Assembly (NCBI GenBank): GCA_964016885.1 | Contig: OZ024742.1 | Location: 48,980,001 to 49,044,000, forward strand | Source: Eledone cirrhosa | Taxonomy: Eukaryota | Direction of reading: 5' to 3' | DNA length: 64,000 nt | Shown here: one piece after another, positions 1 to 12,397 of the stretch | Layout of the letters: the number at the start of each line of letters is the position of its first letter | Numbering within the stretch: the stretch's first letter is position 1 | Notes under the pieces: generated by a model | Database searches by the model: none | Told to the model about the DNA's origin: nothing | Seen by the model: only the letters and a program-made list of their open reading frames with translations | Made by a program: the position numbers and the translations under genes

Positions 1-417
1 ATTCCAAGACCATTCGGAAGAACCCCATTCATGCCGTTTGTGGCGAATTCAAAAACAATATTTTGAACAAAAATAACTCAACACTGTATGCATCAAAATA
101 TTGTCACCTCTCTGCTATTTCTAGCACTCAATATTCTCTCGATTCTTCATTAATCAAACTTAATGATAAACATCTTATACAATTTATGACAGCAGCCTGA
201 ATATGATGAGTATGGCTGTGGTACGTGTTGATGATGGCCTGTCAATTGCCAGATTCTGCGATTCAGATCCTATCTTCGAATGTAAAAATATGTTCTTTTT
301 TTTCGAATGATGTTTAGAAATTTCTGAAAATCAAAATATCTCCTCGTTCTGTCTGAATGGAGAAGGAGTGATTGATCATGTCTGGATATTTAATGCACCA
401 GCACATGAAATAGGCGC

Positions 418-531
418 ACACACACACACACATACATACATCCATATATCCATACATCCATCCGTCCATCCATCCATACATACATACATACATACATACA
501 TACATACATACATACATACATACATACATAC
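418..531. repeat. (CA)n/(CATC)n/(CATA)n compound microsatellite at the 5' flank of the RLE LINE
   Basis: Direct reading; the CATA run ends where the LINE begins. Confidence 0.95.
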
Positions 532-3500
532 AGTAAACGTGGTCAGTCGCATATTTTGGCGTGGGAGACTATTTATTAAATTTAAGATGAATACTATCTC
601 CGACAGTAATGCCACAACTACAGTCATGTTGAATAACTGGTTATTCTTCTAACTATATCTTCTGAAGACACCATTTATTCGAATTCGTAGAGATATCCGA
701 CTAAATACATAATTCATTTTACAAACAGCATGGCTGAACACAACATCAACAACAAAATTAAGGAAGTATCGAAGACAAACAACAAGAAAGGTAAACAAAC
801 TTTATTCAGTTGTAGCTACAGAAGAAACCGAAATTATAAATCGCATTTCTCTTGGAGTTGCGAAGTTAATAGTGATTTATTTACTTGTTATAAAATGGCA
901 AAAAGCAATCTCTCCATTGGCTATATGAACAGAATGAAGCTACACTGGGACGAAATGCACCCCGATCTAAATTATTTCACAGCGAAACAATTACGCCAAC
1001 CAGCGACGTTTGTTGAACGTAAAAATAAGATAAATAATATTAATTGTAAGTCCCCCACAGCAAACATGTTATCAACAACACGTGCTACAGGTCGCCATGC
1101 TACTAGACTTCCTAGCAGCCAGGTCGAACAGCGCCTTGAAACAACTATGCCTGTAAGAAACTAGACACCACGTGTACCATCTAAGTCTACCTCGAATGTT
1201 GGGGAAAACACTATCGATAATAACAATAATCGAAGAAATAATAATAATAATCGAAGAAATTTGACACCACGTGTACCACCCGAGTCTATCTTGACTGTTG
1301 TGGAAAATACTATCGATAATGATAATAATCAAAAGTATAAACAATTGAAAATTTCCCTCAACGAAATTTTCCAGAGAGAAATTAACTCATGTATAAATAT
1401 TCCTCTTGCTGGACGTATTAAAACGACAATGTTTAATATAAAAAAAAACAAATAATGAAATATTACGTGTTATTGACGAAATAGGGGATGAATATTTACG
1501 ACGGATAAAAAGCCCAACATTTTGTTTTGGCAAATCAACGCCTGTTTATATGCCTTAGCAACGACAGTGAAATATTATCTTGGAGATAGCAGAGATATTA
1601 ACAAAAACAAAACACCACCAAAAATACCATCTTATATAACTAAAATAGAAAAAAAGATTGCTGACATACGAAAAACCATAGGATATCTGGCAATGCTCCT
1701 TACATGCAAACAAACACAAAAAAACCTCACTCCTCTCCAACAAAGAGTGAACAATGAAATAGAGAAGATGTTTGGTAACAGTAGAACCAGAACTCTTCAA
1801 TATAAGCTGATCAACCTCAAACAAGAATTGAGAGCTGTTAGCGAAAAACGCCGATATCTGAAGAAGGTGGATAAGAGAAAAGTGTTTAATAAAAGACGAA
1901 ACCAAACATCAGTCTATAGAGACATGAAGGGCGAAATAATAATTGTCACTGAGGCCCCATCCCAGAAAGACATAGATTCCTTTTGGAGCAAAATATGGGG
2001 TGAAAAGAAGAATTTCAACCAAGTTGCAGTGTGGATAAGAGAAATCCGAAAGAACTATTGCTCCTACACTACAACAAAAACATACGAAATGAGTGAGGGT
2101 ACCCTTGAGACTGTGATAGGAAAACTCCAAGATAAGAAAACACTAGGTAGTGACATGATACTGGTACAAAAGACTGATATTCTATCGGAGGTATCTTACT
2201 GACCTCTACCAACAAGTTCTTAAGGGAGATATACTTATACCAGAATGGTTGACATTAGCATAAACATTACAGGTCCCCAAGAACAAAGACACCCACTTGG
2301 CAAAAAACTACCGACCCATTGCATACCAGAACCTTATATATAAGATGTATACAGCCAGCCTGAACCTATTCCTCCAAGATCACTGTGAAAATAATATCAT
2401 CACAGATGAAAAAGCTTCTGGAAAGAAAGGGGTTTGGGGATGTGCTGAACAACTCCTAATCAACAAAACTGCGATGTCGGAGGTGCGACAACTTAGGAGG
2501 AATATGGCTACAGTCTGGCTGGACTACAGGAAAGCTTTCGATTCTGTTCCTCACTCTTGGATGATAGAGGCCCTCCAACTTGCTAAAGTCCCAGACATTA
2601 TTGTCAGAGCCATAGAGAGGCTGTCTTCTTCTTGGGCTACTATCCTAAGGTTAAAGAGAGAGAGGGGGGACTCTATTTTCACTGATAAAATAAAATATTG
2701 CAGGGGGACAGTCTCTCTGTGATATTATTCATCCTGTCATTAAATCCCTTGTCATTTCTGCTCAAGAAATGTGAGGGATACATCATTTGCTCACAGGAGG
2801 ACAAAAATACGAACCCATAATTTCTTTGTGGACGATCTGAAACTCTATGCCAAGAACATAGATGGGATGAAGAAAAATCTTGACCTGGTTACAACGTTCT
2901 CAAAGGATATAGGAATGGTGTTTGGCCAAGATAAATGCTCATACATGACTGTAAAGCGGGGAAAAACAACAACCCAATCTAGCAAGATTGTCATGAATGG
3001 CCTAACTCTTTCACCGATATCTGATGAGGACTGCTACAGATACGTGGGGATAGATGAGAACATATCCTATAACGGTATTTGTAATAAGGAACGCGTAACC
3101 AGGGAATACTACACCCGATTAAGAAAGATCTGGTCATCGGAACTCTCTGCGCAAAAAAAAAACAGTGGCTCACGATGTGTTTTCTGTGCCTGTCCTAACA
3201 CCAACGTTTGGAATACTCAATTGGACGATAGACGAAATCTGAGCAGTTGATGTTAGAGCTCGAAAAATACTAAACAACACCGGAAACTTCCACATCAACA
3301 GTGACATAGACCGCCTTTACTTGAAACGTAAGCAGGGAGGCAGAGGCCTAACATCAGTCCAGACAGCATTTCAATGTCGCATCATATCTCTCCGACAACA
3401 TATACGAACCTCGAAGCGTAGGAGACCGTTTCTCGAGCAAGTCTATCTGCATGAAATAGATAAGATCATGAGAGTTGGGAAGGAACTCCTCGAGAGATAT

Positions 3501-4607
3501 TCCCTGTGTGATAATCAAAAATTCAGACCCAGAGAAGTCGCTCAGCAGTATAGCAGTGAATCCATGGATAAAAAACTGCATGCTTATCATCAAAAAATCA
3601 TGCCAGGAAGCTCCATCCAGAGTGAGAGTAATATAGAGAAGGAAAGTAGTCTCTCTTGGACCAACAACAGCTATATTGGCACCCACTTTGAAGGATGCGC
3701 TTTTGCAATCCAAGAACAGGATATTAATACGGAATACCTGATTCAAAAAAGAGATAGGGATGCAGGCAAAACACCTAGATGTGATAACAAGTGCAGACTC
3801 TGCAGAACTAACATCGAGGATATCACGCATGTCATCAGCAGCTGTCCAAAGATGTCATCGCGGTACTATCTACCTATGAGGCATGATGTAGTGGCCAAAA
3901 CACTGTACAATGCAGTTCGTAAAAAAGATAGCTCAGATAATAAACACATTAAAAGCTACAGCAATGTGGAAGACATCCATGTACATAATATGAAAGAGTA
4001 TTGGTGAAATGTTCCAGTAAAACCCCAATAGAATGCAGGCATAACTGACCAGATATTATATGGGACAGGGAGAAGAAAGCATGCACAGTAGTGGAAATTA
4101 GCTGCCCAGCAGATGCCAATATAATATCAAAGATTAGCGAAAAGGAGAATATTTATGCAGAACTGATGAGGAATCTGCAGATACTCCACCCTGATTACAC
4201 ATTCAGATTTATGCCTGTGATTATTGGGGCACTGGGGTATGTTAGTAACTGCCTCAATACAAATCTTGAGAAGCTAGACTTCACAGGAACAGAAGAACAC
4301 AACTAGTAAGGAAATTACAAGTACAATCCATTAATGGAACAGTAAAAATATGTAAAACATTCCAAAAATGTTGCATCTAATAACTGCATATACACATGTA
4401 CAGATACAAAGCATATACACATGCACACATACAACTCAAAACATACACATCCACACATACGATAACATCCATATCTTCAGATGAATGCATACATAATCTA
4501 CCTAGTTGATGTTGTGTAAATTCCAAAGAGAGAGACTTGTGTCTCTGTTAGAAATCGACTCTCTCTCTATCGGGAAAAAAAATTAGTGAAATTTTAAAAC
4601 CAGAGGA
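532..4607 (+). mobile_element. Decayed, near full-length non-LTR retrotransposon with restriction-like endonuclease (R4/Dong-like clade)
   Basis: Collinear frameshifted ORFs 730-4306: N-terminal WSxExNxDLxxCY..GYMxRMKxxWDE; RT motifs NYRPI, WLDYRKAFDSVPHSW, FFVDDLKLYA; GGRGL; CCHC knuckle CRLC..EDITHVISSC; RHD; RLE motif EISCP..K..Y. (CATA)n on both sides. Confidence 0.9.
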
Positions 4608-4622
4608 ACATACATACATACA

Positions 4623-5229
4623 TGGTGGCTGCCAACTCATTTTCAAGTACGGCCACTACTTTATATCCATGTAGGAGAACCCCCACCGATGCGCTGAACG
4701 AGTGACTGTTTAGTCAAGCCAGCGACTTGAAAACTCTGGTACAAACACTACAGTTGTGACAATTATTGACACATAGTGCTGGGTCCATGGAACCATGTGA
4801 CGACAAGTGCAGAGAGATCTCCAGATATAAAGCAATGCCCGTGCCGTGAAGCTTTTACAGTGAGCAAAGGCACTGCGCAAAGCCAGTCCCGCTCTCTTAA
4901 CCAAGATGATATTTACCAAAAAGAAGAACAAGCCAACATCATTGGATACCATCAGGGTTGCAGGTGTTATATCAGAGTTTTCCTTCTCCTAGAATTCTGC
5001 CTTGACAAAGGCTAAGGGGTCATCTTTCCCAGTGATTTTGGATGGCCATTGACTCTTAAGAGGTCCTTTGACCTTTGACAGGTTTTGTTTTTAGTCCTGC
5101 AGGATGTCCAAAGTCACCCTCCTCACCAAGAAACCTTGGTTGGCTTGCCAGTTTAGTTGCCAACGACCCGACCATGAGACAGGTTGTACTGGGATACATG
5201 TTACCAGTAGCAGCAACTGGTGACCTGAC
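4623..5229 (-). mobile_element. ~610-bp non-autonomous, probably RTE-related retroelement, copy 1
   Basis: Reverse complement of 38004-38611 along its whole length; carries CTAGGAGAAGGAAAACTCTGA-like motif typical of RTE 5' UTRs; flanked by (CATA)n. Confidence 0.7.
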
Positions 5230-5257
5230 ATACGTACATACATGCATACATACATGC

Positions 5258-5339
<82 letters not shown>

Positions 5340-5341
<2 letters not shown>

Positions 5342-7400
5342 CGAAGGAAATGTGGTTAGGAACCAGATGGACCATAACGCACGACAGTACTTAGTGTAGT
5401 AGAGTGGGTAATAGGAACGAGTAGGACCCCGACGGCTGAGCTCAAGCCGTTTCGACGTCTAATTCTGGACTAAATGACATTTTTATCCTGGTACATGAAT
5501 AGCCGAGCTTCTCGGGGGGTAATTCCATATATGGTAAAAGTGATTGTCACAAGGATTGGTCAAAAGTTTGTTGTTGAGACACATAATTCTATCATGGCAA
5601 TGTGTGGAAGGAAGGGGTAGCTGAACCTGACAGTAGAAGAAAGAGAGAGAGGGAGGGGAGGAAACCCAGCCGTGCGTTGATAGTGCCAACCACAGCAGGA
5701 TCCTAAGGGCAGGAGGTGAAGAAAGTATACTAGGGAGGGGGATGAGGAGGAAGTAGAAACAGTAAGTAAATCAATATAGAATAATAATAAGAATGTTGAA
5801 AATAAGAACGTTGAAAATATAAAAAACAAATATAAAAAAACAATTTCTGGTTACTATTCCCTTACCACCATCATCAAGTCTCTCACCGGTATTGCTAAAC
5901 TGTAGAGAAGTTTACTAGGTTTGTTGGAATTATAGTGAGAGAATTTTATGAGTCAGTAATAATCAACCGAATCTATCTTACAGTGACGGGTCAACAAGTC
6001 GGGGGCCAAACTACTAAAGAAACTACTACGAAATAATAATTCAGAGTCCCGAAACTAATACGAGATAATAATTCAGAATCCCGAAAAAGAATACTAAAAC
6101 TATATATATAAGGGTGCCGCTACGATACAAAAATTATAATACAAACTACATAGATGCTCGTACGATATATATGAATAATTTTATACGGACAAGAGCTGTA
6201 ACACTCCACTTGCCGAATTTGTAATGGCTAACCCCTGCTTGCAAAGGTAGACGTAAGATTTTCTCTTATATCTTTTTATCGTTTCCTCTATATTTCCTTC
6301 TTCCCCCCATCCCTTCTTAGTCCTTCCAACCCAGTTCTCCCTCTTTGTCGTCGTCCTTTTCACTTTCCCTCCCGCCCTGAGGCAGCCCTTCGGTCCATTG
6401 TAGCTTCAGTACCCCCACCCCATCCCCTATTATATGATAGAATTGGCCGACTCCGCTTTCTATAGCAGATGTGATAGATCCCAGACACATGCTTTCTTAC
6501 CCGATGGCTGCCCTATTTCCTAGCTTTCTACTTCTTAGTGGTTTCTCTGCTTTAGATTCTCGTATATCAGTATTTTTTTTTCGGGTGTGTGTGTGTGTGG
6601 GGGGGGGGGATTCTGAATTATTTGTCCGTATCAAATTTTTCATATATATCGTACGAGCATCTATGTAGTTTGTATTATAATTTTTGTATCGTAGCGGCAC
6701 CCTTATATATAGTATTAGTATTCTTTTTCCGGATTCTGAATTATTATCTCGTATTAGTTTCGGGACTCTGAATTATTATTTCGTAGTAATTTCTTTAGTA
6801 TTTTGGCCCCCTACTTGTTGACCAGTCACTGTAAGATAGATTCAGTTGATTATTACTAACTCAAACAATTCTCTCACTATAATTCCAACACACCTAGTAA
6901 ACTTCTCTATAGTTTAGCAATACCAGTGAGAGACTTGATGATGGTGGTAAGGGAATAGTAACCAGAAATTGTTTTTTATATTTGTTTTTTATATTTTTAA
7001 CATTCTTATTATTCTTCTATATATTTACTCCATATTGATTTACTTACTGTTTCTACTTCCTCCTCCTCCTGTCTCCCTAGTATACTTTCTTCACCTCCTG
7101 CCCTTAGGATCCCGCTGTGGTTGGCACTATCAACGCACGGCTGGGTTTCCTCCCCTCCCTCTCCCTCTTTCTTCTACTGTCAGGTTCAGCTACCCCTTCC
7201 TTCCACAAATTGCCATGATAGAATTATGTGTCTCAACAACAAACTTTTGACCAATCCTTGTGACAATCACTTTTACCATATATGGAATTACCCCCTAAGA
7301 AGCTCGGCTATTCATGTACCAGGATAAAAATTTTCATTTAGTCCAAAATTAACCGTTGAAACGGCTTGAGCTCAGCCGTCGGGGTCCTACTCGTTCCTAT
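5340..7400. mobile_element. Large fold-back element: ~780-bp inverted arms (about 5411-6192 / 6621-7400) with ~430-bp spacer; Penelope pLTR-like
   Basis: Arms are reverse complements (the same 68-aa ORF is at 5483-5689 on - and 7121-7327 on +); (TA)n on both sides; degenerate hammerhead near each outer end. Confidence 0.8.
7290..7385 (+). ncRNA. Degenerate type I hammerhead ribozyme (mirror copy about 5425-5520 on -)
   Basis: ACCCC-CTAAGAA (CCGAGAA in the other arm)-stem II-GAAA-CGGCT tgagctc AGCCG-TC-GGGGT; the 3' half is canonical but the CUGANGA box is mutated. Confidence 0.5.
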
Positions 7401-7444
7401 ATAATATATATATATATATATATAAACTTTTTGAGTTTTTTTGG

Positions 7445-7898
7445 CAAGATTTCTTATCTGAAAACATGTGTTGAAACAAATAGTGATATATTTTGGGAGG
7501 ATTATGCTGCCAATAAAAACACACGCACCTGTTCATTTTCACTTCAATTTATTATAAATTTCCGGTTGGTTGGTTCGATAACGGGATGTTTTTTTATATA
7601 TTGTCAGAACTCCTTTGTCAAACTTTCTCTGACATCCTCGGTGACTGTGGTTTTTATATTTTGTGTCTCTTCTTCGTTTTCTCCTAAACCATCTTGTTTT
7701 GGTGTAAGACAAAATAAAGGAGAGACACAAAATAAAAACCCAGTCATTGAGGAGGTCACCGAATGTGTGACGAAAGTGTTTTGACAATATATGAATTACC
7801 ACCCGGTTATCAAACCAACCAACCGGAAATTTATAATAAGTTGAAGTGATAACCAACAAATGAGTGTATTTGTTGGCAGCATAACCCACCCAAAGTAT

Positions 7899-7902
<4 letters not shown>
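7445..7902. repeat. Imperfect inverted repeat (~200-bp arms), PLE-end-like; same family as 40605-40830
   Basis: 7486-7690 vs 7698-7902 are reverse complementary; hammerhead-like remnant gtca-TTGAGGA-gtcac..gtgac-GAAA at about 7743-7785; (TA)n flanks. Confidence 0.7.
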
Positions 7903-7987
<85 letters not shown>

Positions 7988-7989
<2 letters not shown>

Positions 7990-8848
7990 AAAAGAATGAA
8001 ACGAAATTTCATTTCTCAGTCTTAGTACGGCTGAAACTTAAATATAACTACGTACATACATTTATGTATACAGACGTACAGTAGTATGTATGTATATATA
8101 TGCATAGATGCACACATATATATACATATATATATTACGTATGGGTTTCCCGAACATTTATTATAATGTTCGGTTTGTTTGTAAACAAACAGCCCGAATT
8201 GAGCCGCACAGTGTTCGGCAACCATCGTTTCCCTTTTGTTCAAAACTGACAAAGGAACGATGAACTAGTTTCAAGCTTATTAGCTATCGTCAGCATCGTA
8301 TACCTTCCTGCCAGATGATTGAACGTCTGAAAGTATATACTTTCCTTATGCATATTAACGGCTTAGCAACCTAATTTGCATATCGAGTGAGTTAGTCGGC
8401 CGGGCGTACCGATAACAGTAAATGAAAAAGAATGAAACGAAATTTCATTTCTCACTCTTAGTACGGCTGATACTTAAATATAAGTATGTATACATACATA
8501 CATATATGTATACAGACGTCCGGTAGTATGAATATATATACATACATGCACACATATATATATATGTACGTATATATATGCACACATATATATATGTACA
8601 TTTATTATAATGTTCGGTTTGTTTGTAAACAAACAGCCCAAATTAAGCCTTACAGTGTTCGGCAACCATCGTTTCCCTTTTGTTCAACACTAACAACGGA
8701 ACGATGAAATAGTTACAAGCTTATTAACTATCATCAGCATCCGTACATTATAATAAATGTTCGGTAAACCCATACGTACATGTATATATGTGTGCATGTT
8801 TGTATAAATATACATACTACTGTACGTCTGTATACATATATGTATGTA

Positions 8849-8855
<7 letters not shown>
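7988..8855 (-). mobile_element. Hammerhead-bearing tandem repeat (~436-nt unit, ~1.7 copies) with terminal inversion; retrozyme/Penelope pLTR-like, family A
   Basis: Unit start GAAAAGAATGAAACGAAATTTCATTTCTC at 7989 and about 8425; inverted segment about 8742-8855; homologues at 10420-11072 and 56935-57710. Confidence 0.8.
8257..8299 (-). ncRNA. Minimal type I hammerhead ribozyme (family A)
   Basis: Minus strand reads ACGATG-CTGACGA-tAGCT aata AGCTt-GAAA-CTAG-TT-CATCGT: 6-bp stem I, intact core, palindromic ACTAGT stem III, GUU site. Confidence 0.8.
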
Positions 8856-8891
<36 letters not shown>

Positions 8892-8894
8892 TCT

Positions 8895-9445
8895 TTTGCT
8901 TTTTACCTGTTCCAGCTATCCGGCTGAATACTGTTGTCCACTGTGGTCTCACCACACGAAACAAAGGTCAATCACAAAAACGATAGAGAGCATGACAGAC
9001 TTTCACTATGGGGTCGACTAGAAAAGCTGAAACTCTATTCTTTCCAACACCCCCGGGCATGATATGGAAAATATTCCATCAGCAAAATAATGTTGGCATC
9101 ATCTTTAAAGTACACCTAAAGCTTGGGCCCCGAGCAATCCGCCCACAACAAAAACCAAACTCGCATCTCATAGCAACATTACAGCACAATTATTTCACCT
9201 CAACTGGTCCCGCTCTCTTTAACATTAAACCAAAACATATTAAAACAGAAACAGATCCCATAAAATTCAAAAAGCCTTTGGACAAATTCCTCCAAGAAAT
9301 CCCTGATAAAACACTTACACCCGGATATGTCTCCGTAAAAAATAATTCAGTACTTGAGTGTGCCATGGTGTCCTAATCCTGATCTGAAATTGTCCGCCAG
9401 GTGGTGCTATTAAATTAGAAATGTCCTGGGTCAATAATAGTCGAA
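8895..9445 (+). pseudogene. 3' fragment of a CR1/L2-group LINE ORF2 plus 3' UTR
   Basis: ORF 9008-9376 has FTSTGPALFN..P..IK..FKKPLDKFLQEIPD..GY..NNS, the C-terminus typical of CR1-group RTs; bounded by (TA)n on the 5' side. Confidence 0.65.
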
Positions 9446-9574
9446 ACCTATGAATGTTATCAAAATATGTATATATAAATACACCGAGCGATAGACTGGT
9501 AGAAACAGACATGGCAGCGAGTGTAAGTTGTTCACTTTGCCAGCATGTCATTTTGCTTTCAGTTCCACTGCATG

Positions 9575-9989
<415 letters not shown>

Positions 9990-10419
9990 GTGGAGTATTT
10001 ATGTAAAACTCCTAATGTTTTACAAATATGTCTTATGGTAACGAGGTTGGTGGCGGCTATTACTGTTGAGGTCAGCATTGTTCTCTTGTTCAACCCAACA
10101 GTAGTCACTCTGACATTTAAGGGTAAGCCTATATGGTCTGTAAAGATCACACACCCGCCCGTTAAATATCAAATGGTTCTGACATATTTCATACACAGTA
10201 TATGGGCGGGCAATGATATTGTTGTTGCGGCTGCGGCGGCAGCAGTATTGATAGTAGTATTAATAGTATTGTCGGTGGCAGTAGTAGTAGTAATAGAAGC
10301 AGTAGTGAAGGCGGTGGGATCGCGGTTGTTGTTGGTGGTGGGGGAGTTGTTGGTTATACATGTATAAAGAAATTCCACGAAATCAAATAATATACCCTTT
10401 CCATCACTACACACAGTAC

Positions 10420-10872
10420 ATACATTTCCTCACATATATATAATACGTATGCTTGTCTTAATATATATATATATATGTATACATATATGTATGTGCGTAT
10501 ACATATTTATATTTAAGTAACAGCCGTACTAAGAGTGAGAAATGAAATTTCGTTTCATTTTTTCCGTTTATCGTTTCGGTGCACCCGGCCGATTAACTCA
10601 CTCGATATGCAAATTAGGCTGCTCAACCGTTAATATGCATAAGGTAAGTATATACTTTCAGACGTTCAATCATCTGGCAGGAAGGTATACGTTGCTGACG
10701 ATAGCTAATAAGCTTGAAAATAATACAGCGTTCCTTTGTCAGTGTTGAACAAATGAGCAACGATGGTTGCTAGACACTGTACGTCTTAATTCGGGATGTT
10801 TGTCTAAAAACACACCGAGCATTATAATAAATGTTCGGTGAATCCATACGTACATATATATATATATGTGTG

Positions 10873-10966
<94 letters not shown>

Positions 10967-11067
10967 CACTGTACGTCTGTATACACATATGTATGTACGT
11001 ATACATACTTATATTTAAGTTACAGCCGTATTAAGAGTGAGAAATGAAATTTAGTTTTAGTTTTTCC

Positions 11068-11072
<5 letters not shown>
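10420..11072 (+). mobile_element. Family A hammerhead repeat, copy in opposite orientation, unit expanded by an internal (TA)n
   Basis: Reverse complement of 7988-8430; CAGCCGTA(C/T)TAAGAGTGAGAAATGAAATTT is repeated at about 10521 and 11023. Confidence 0.8.
10689..10731 (+). ncRNA. Type I hammerhead ribozyme (family A), stem III altered
   Basis: ACGTTG-CTGACGA-TAGCTAATAAGCTT-GAAA-ATAA-TA-CAGCGT; stem I pairing is retained despite substitutions relative to 8257-8299. Confidence 0.65.
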
Positions 11073-11098
<26 letters not shown>

Positions 11099-11355
11099 CC
11101 ACGATAAATTAACGGAGGCATAGGCCGTCGTTATTCCCTTGTAAATAATGTGCTCAAAGGGGAAGAGATCCTGAGCCCTTTAAAATATAATATGTTGAGA
11201 AGGTAACACACCAGAAAGAGATATATAGTGCGTTATCAATAATACAGGGGAAAAACCACCAGTGTATGGAATCTATAACCTATGAAAGGCAGACTATAGA
11301 CACGATAATTAAAAATATAAATTAAAGCGTAAATAAATACCTTTATAACTATATA

Positions 11356-11436
11356 ACACACGTACAAATCCAAAGATATGTTTCACCAGAAAATTTGTTG
11401 AAAGAAATGGTCTAGTCTCGGTTCATCAGCGTGTGT
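11356..11436 (-). ncRNA. Type I hammerhead ribozyme (family B)
   Basis: Reverse complement of 12120-12200. Confidence 0.8.
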
Positions 11437-12119
11437 AAGGCCATACATTTCAGACAACACTAAGAGAATTTTACAATTGACTGTCCAGCTACACGTGGGA
11501 GAGAGAAGTCACAGCGTGTTTAAGGGCAGTGAACCAGTGGCCTCTGAGAGACGAACTGCTAGAAAGGGCAGCCCAAAGCCACTCAGAGAAGTGTGCTCGA
11601 CCAAACAGAGATAGGAAATACTGTTGTTAGGAGCGAAATATCACGATAAATTAACGGAGGCATAGGCCGTCGTTATTCCCTGAAAATAATGTGCTCAAAG
11701 GGGAAGAGATCCTGAGCCCTTTAAAATATAATATGTTGAGAAGGTAACACACCAGAAAGAGATATATAGTGCGTTATCAATAATACAGGGGAAAAACCAC
11801 CAGTGTATGGAATCTATAACCTATGAAAGGCAGACTATAGACACGATAATTAAAAATATAAATTAAAGCGTAAATAAATACCTTTATAACTATATAACAC
11901 ACGTACAAATCCAAAGATATGTTTCACCAGAAAATTTGTTGCTATCTCTGTTTGGTCGAGCACACTTCTCTGAGTGGCTTTGGGCTGCCCTTTCTAGCAG
12001 TTCGTCTCTCAGAGGCCACTGGTTCACTGCCCTTAAACACGCTGTGACTTCTCTCTCCCACGTGTAGCTGGACAGTCAATTGTAAAATTCTCTTAGTGTT
12101 GTCTGAAATGTATGGCCTT

Positions 12120-12200
12120 ACACACGCTGATGAACCGAGACTAGACCATTTCTTTCAACAAATTTTCTGGTGAAACATATCTTTGGATTTGTACGTGTGT
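12120..12200 (+). ncRNA. Type I hammerhead ribozyme (family B)
   Basis: ACACACG-CTGATGA-ACC..(long stem II)..GGT-GAAA-CATATC tttg GATTTG-TA-CGTGTGT: 7-bp stem I, intact core, hairpin stem III with one mismatch, GUA site. Confidence 0.85.
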
Positions 12201-12366
12201 TATATAGTTATAAAGGTATTTATTTACGCTTTAATTTATATTTTTAATTATCGTGTCTATAGTCTGCCTTTCATAGGTTATAGATTCCATACACTGGTGG
12301 TTTTTCCCCTGTATTATTGATAACGCACTATATATCTCTTTCTGGTGTGTTACCTTCTCAACATAT

Positions 12367-12397
<31 letters not shown>

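Larger units (their letters stand above)
11099..12368. mobile_element. Hammerhead-bearing ~542-nt unit + partial direct repeat + inverted copy; retrozyme/Penelope pLTR-like, family B
   Basis: 11100-11641 is repeated at 11642-11941; 11942-12368 is the reverse complement of about 11186-11614; copies are near identical; (TA)n on both sides. Confidence 0.85.
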
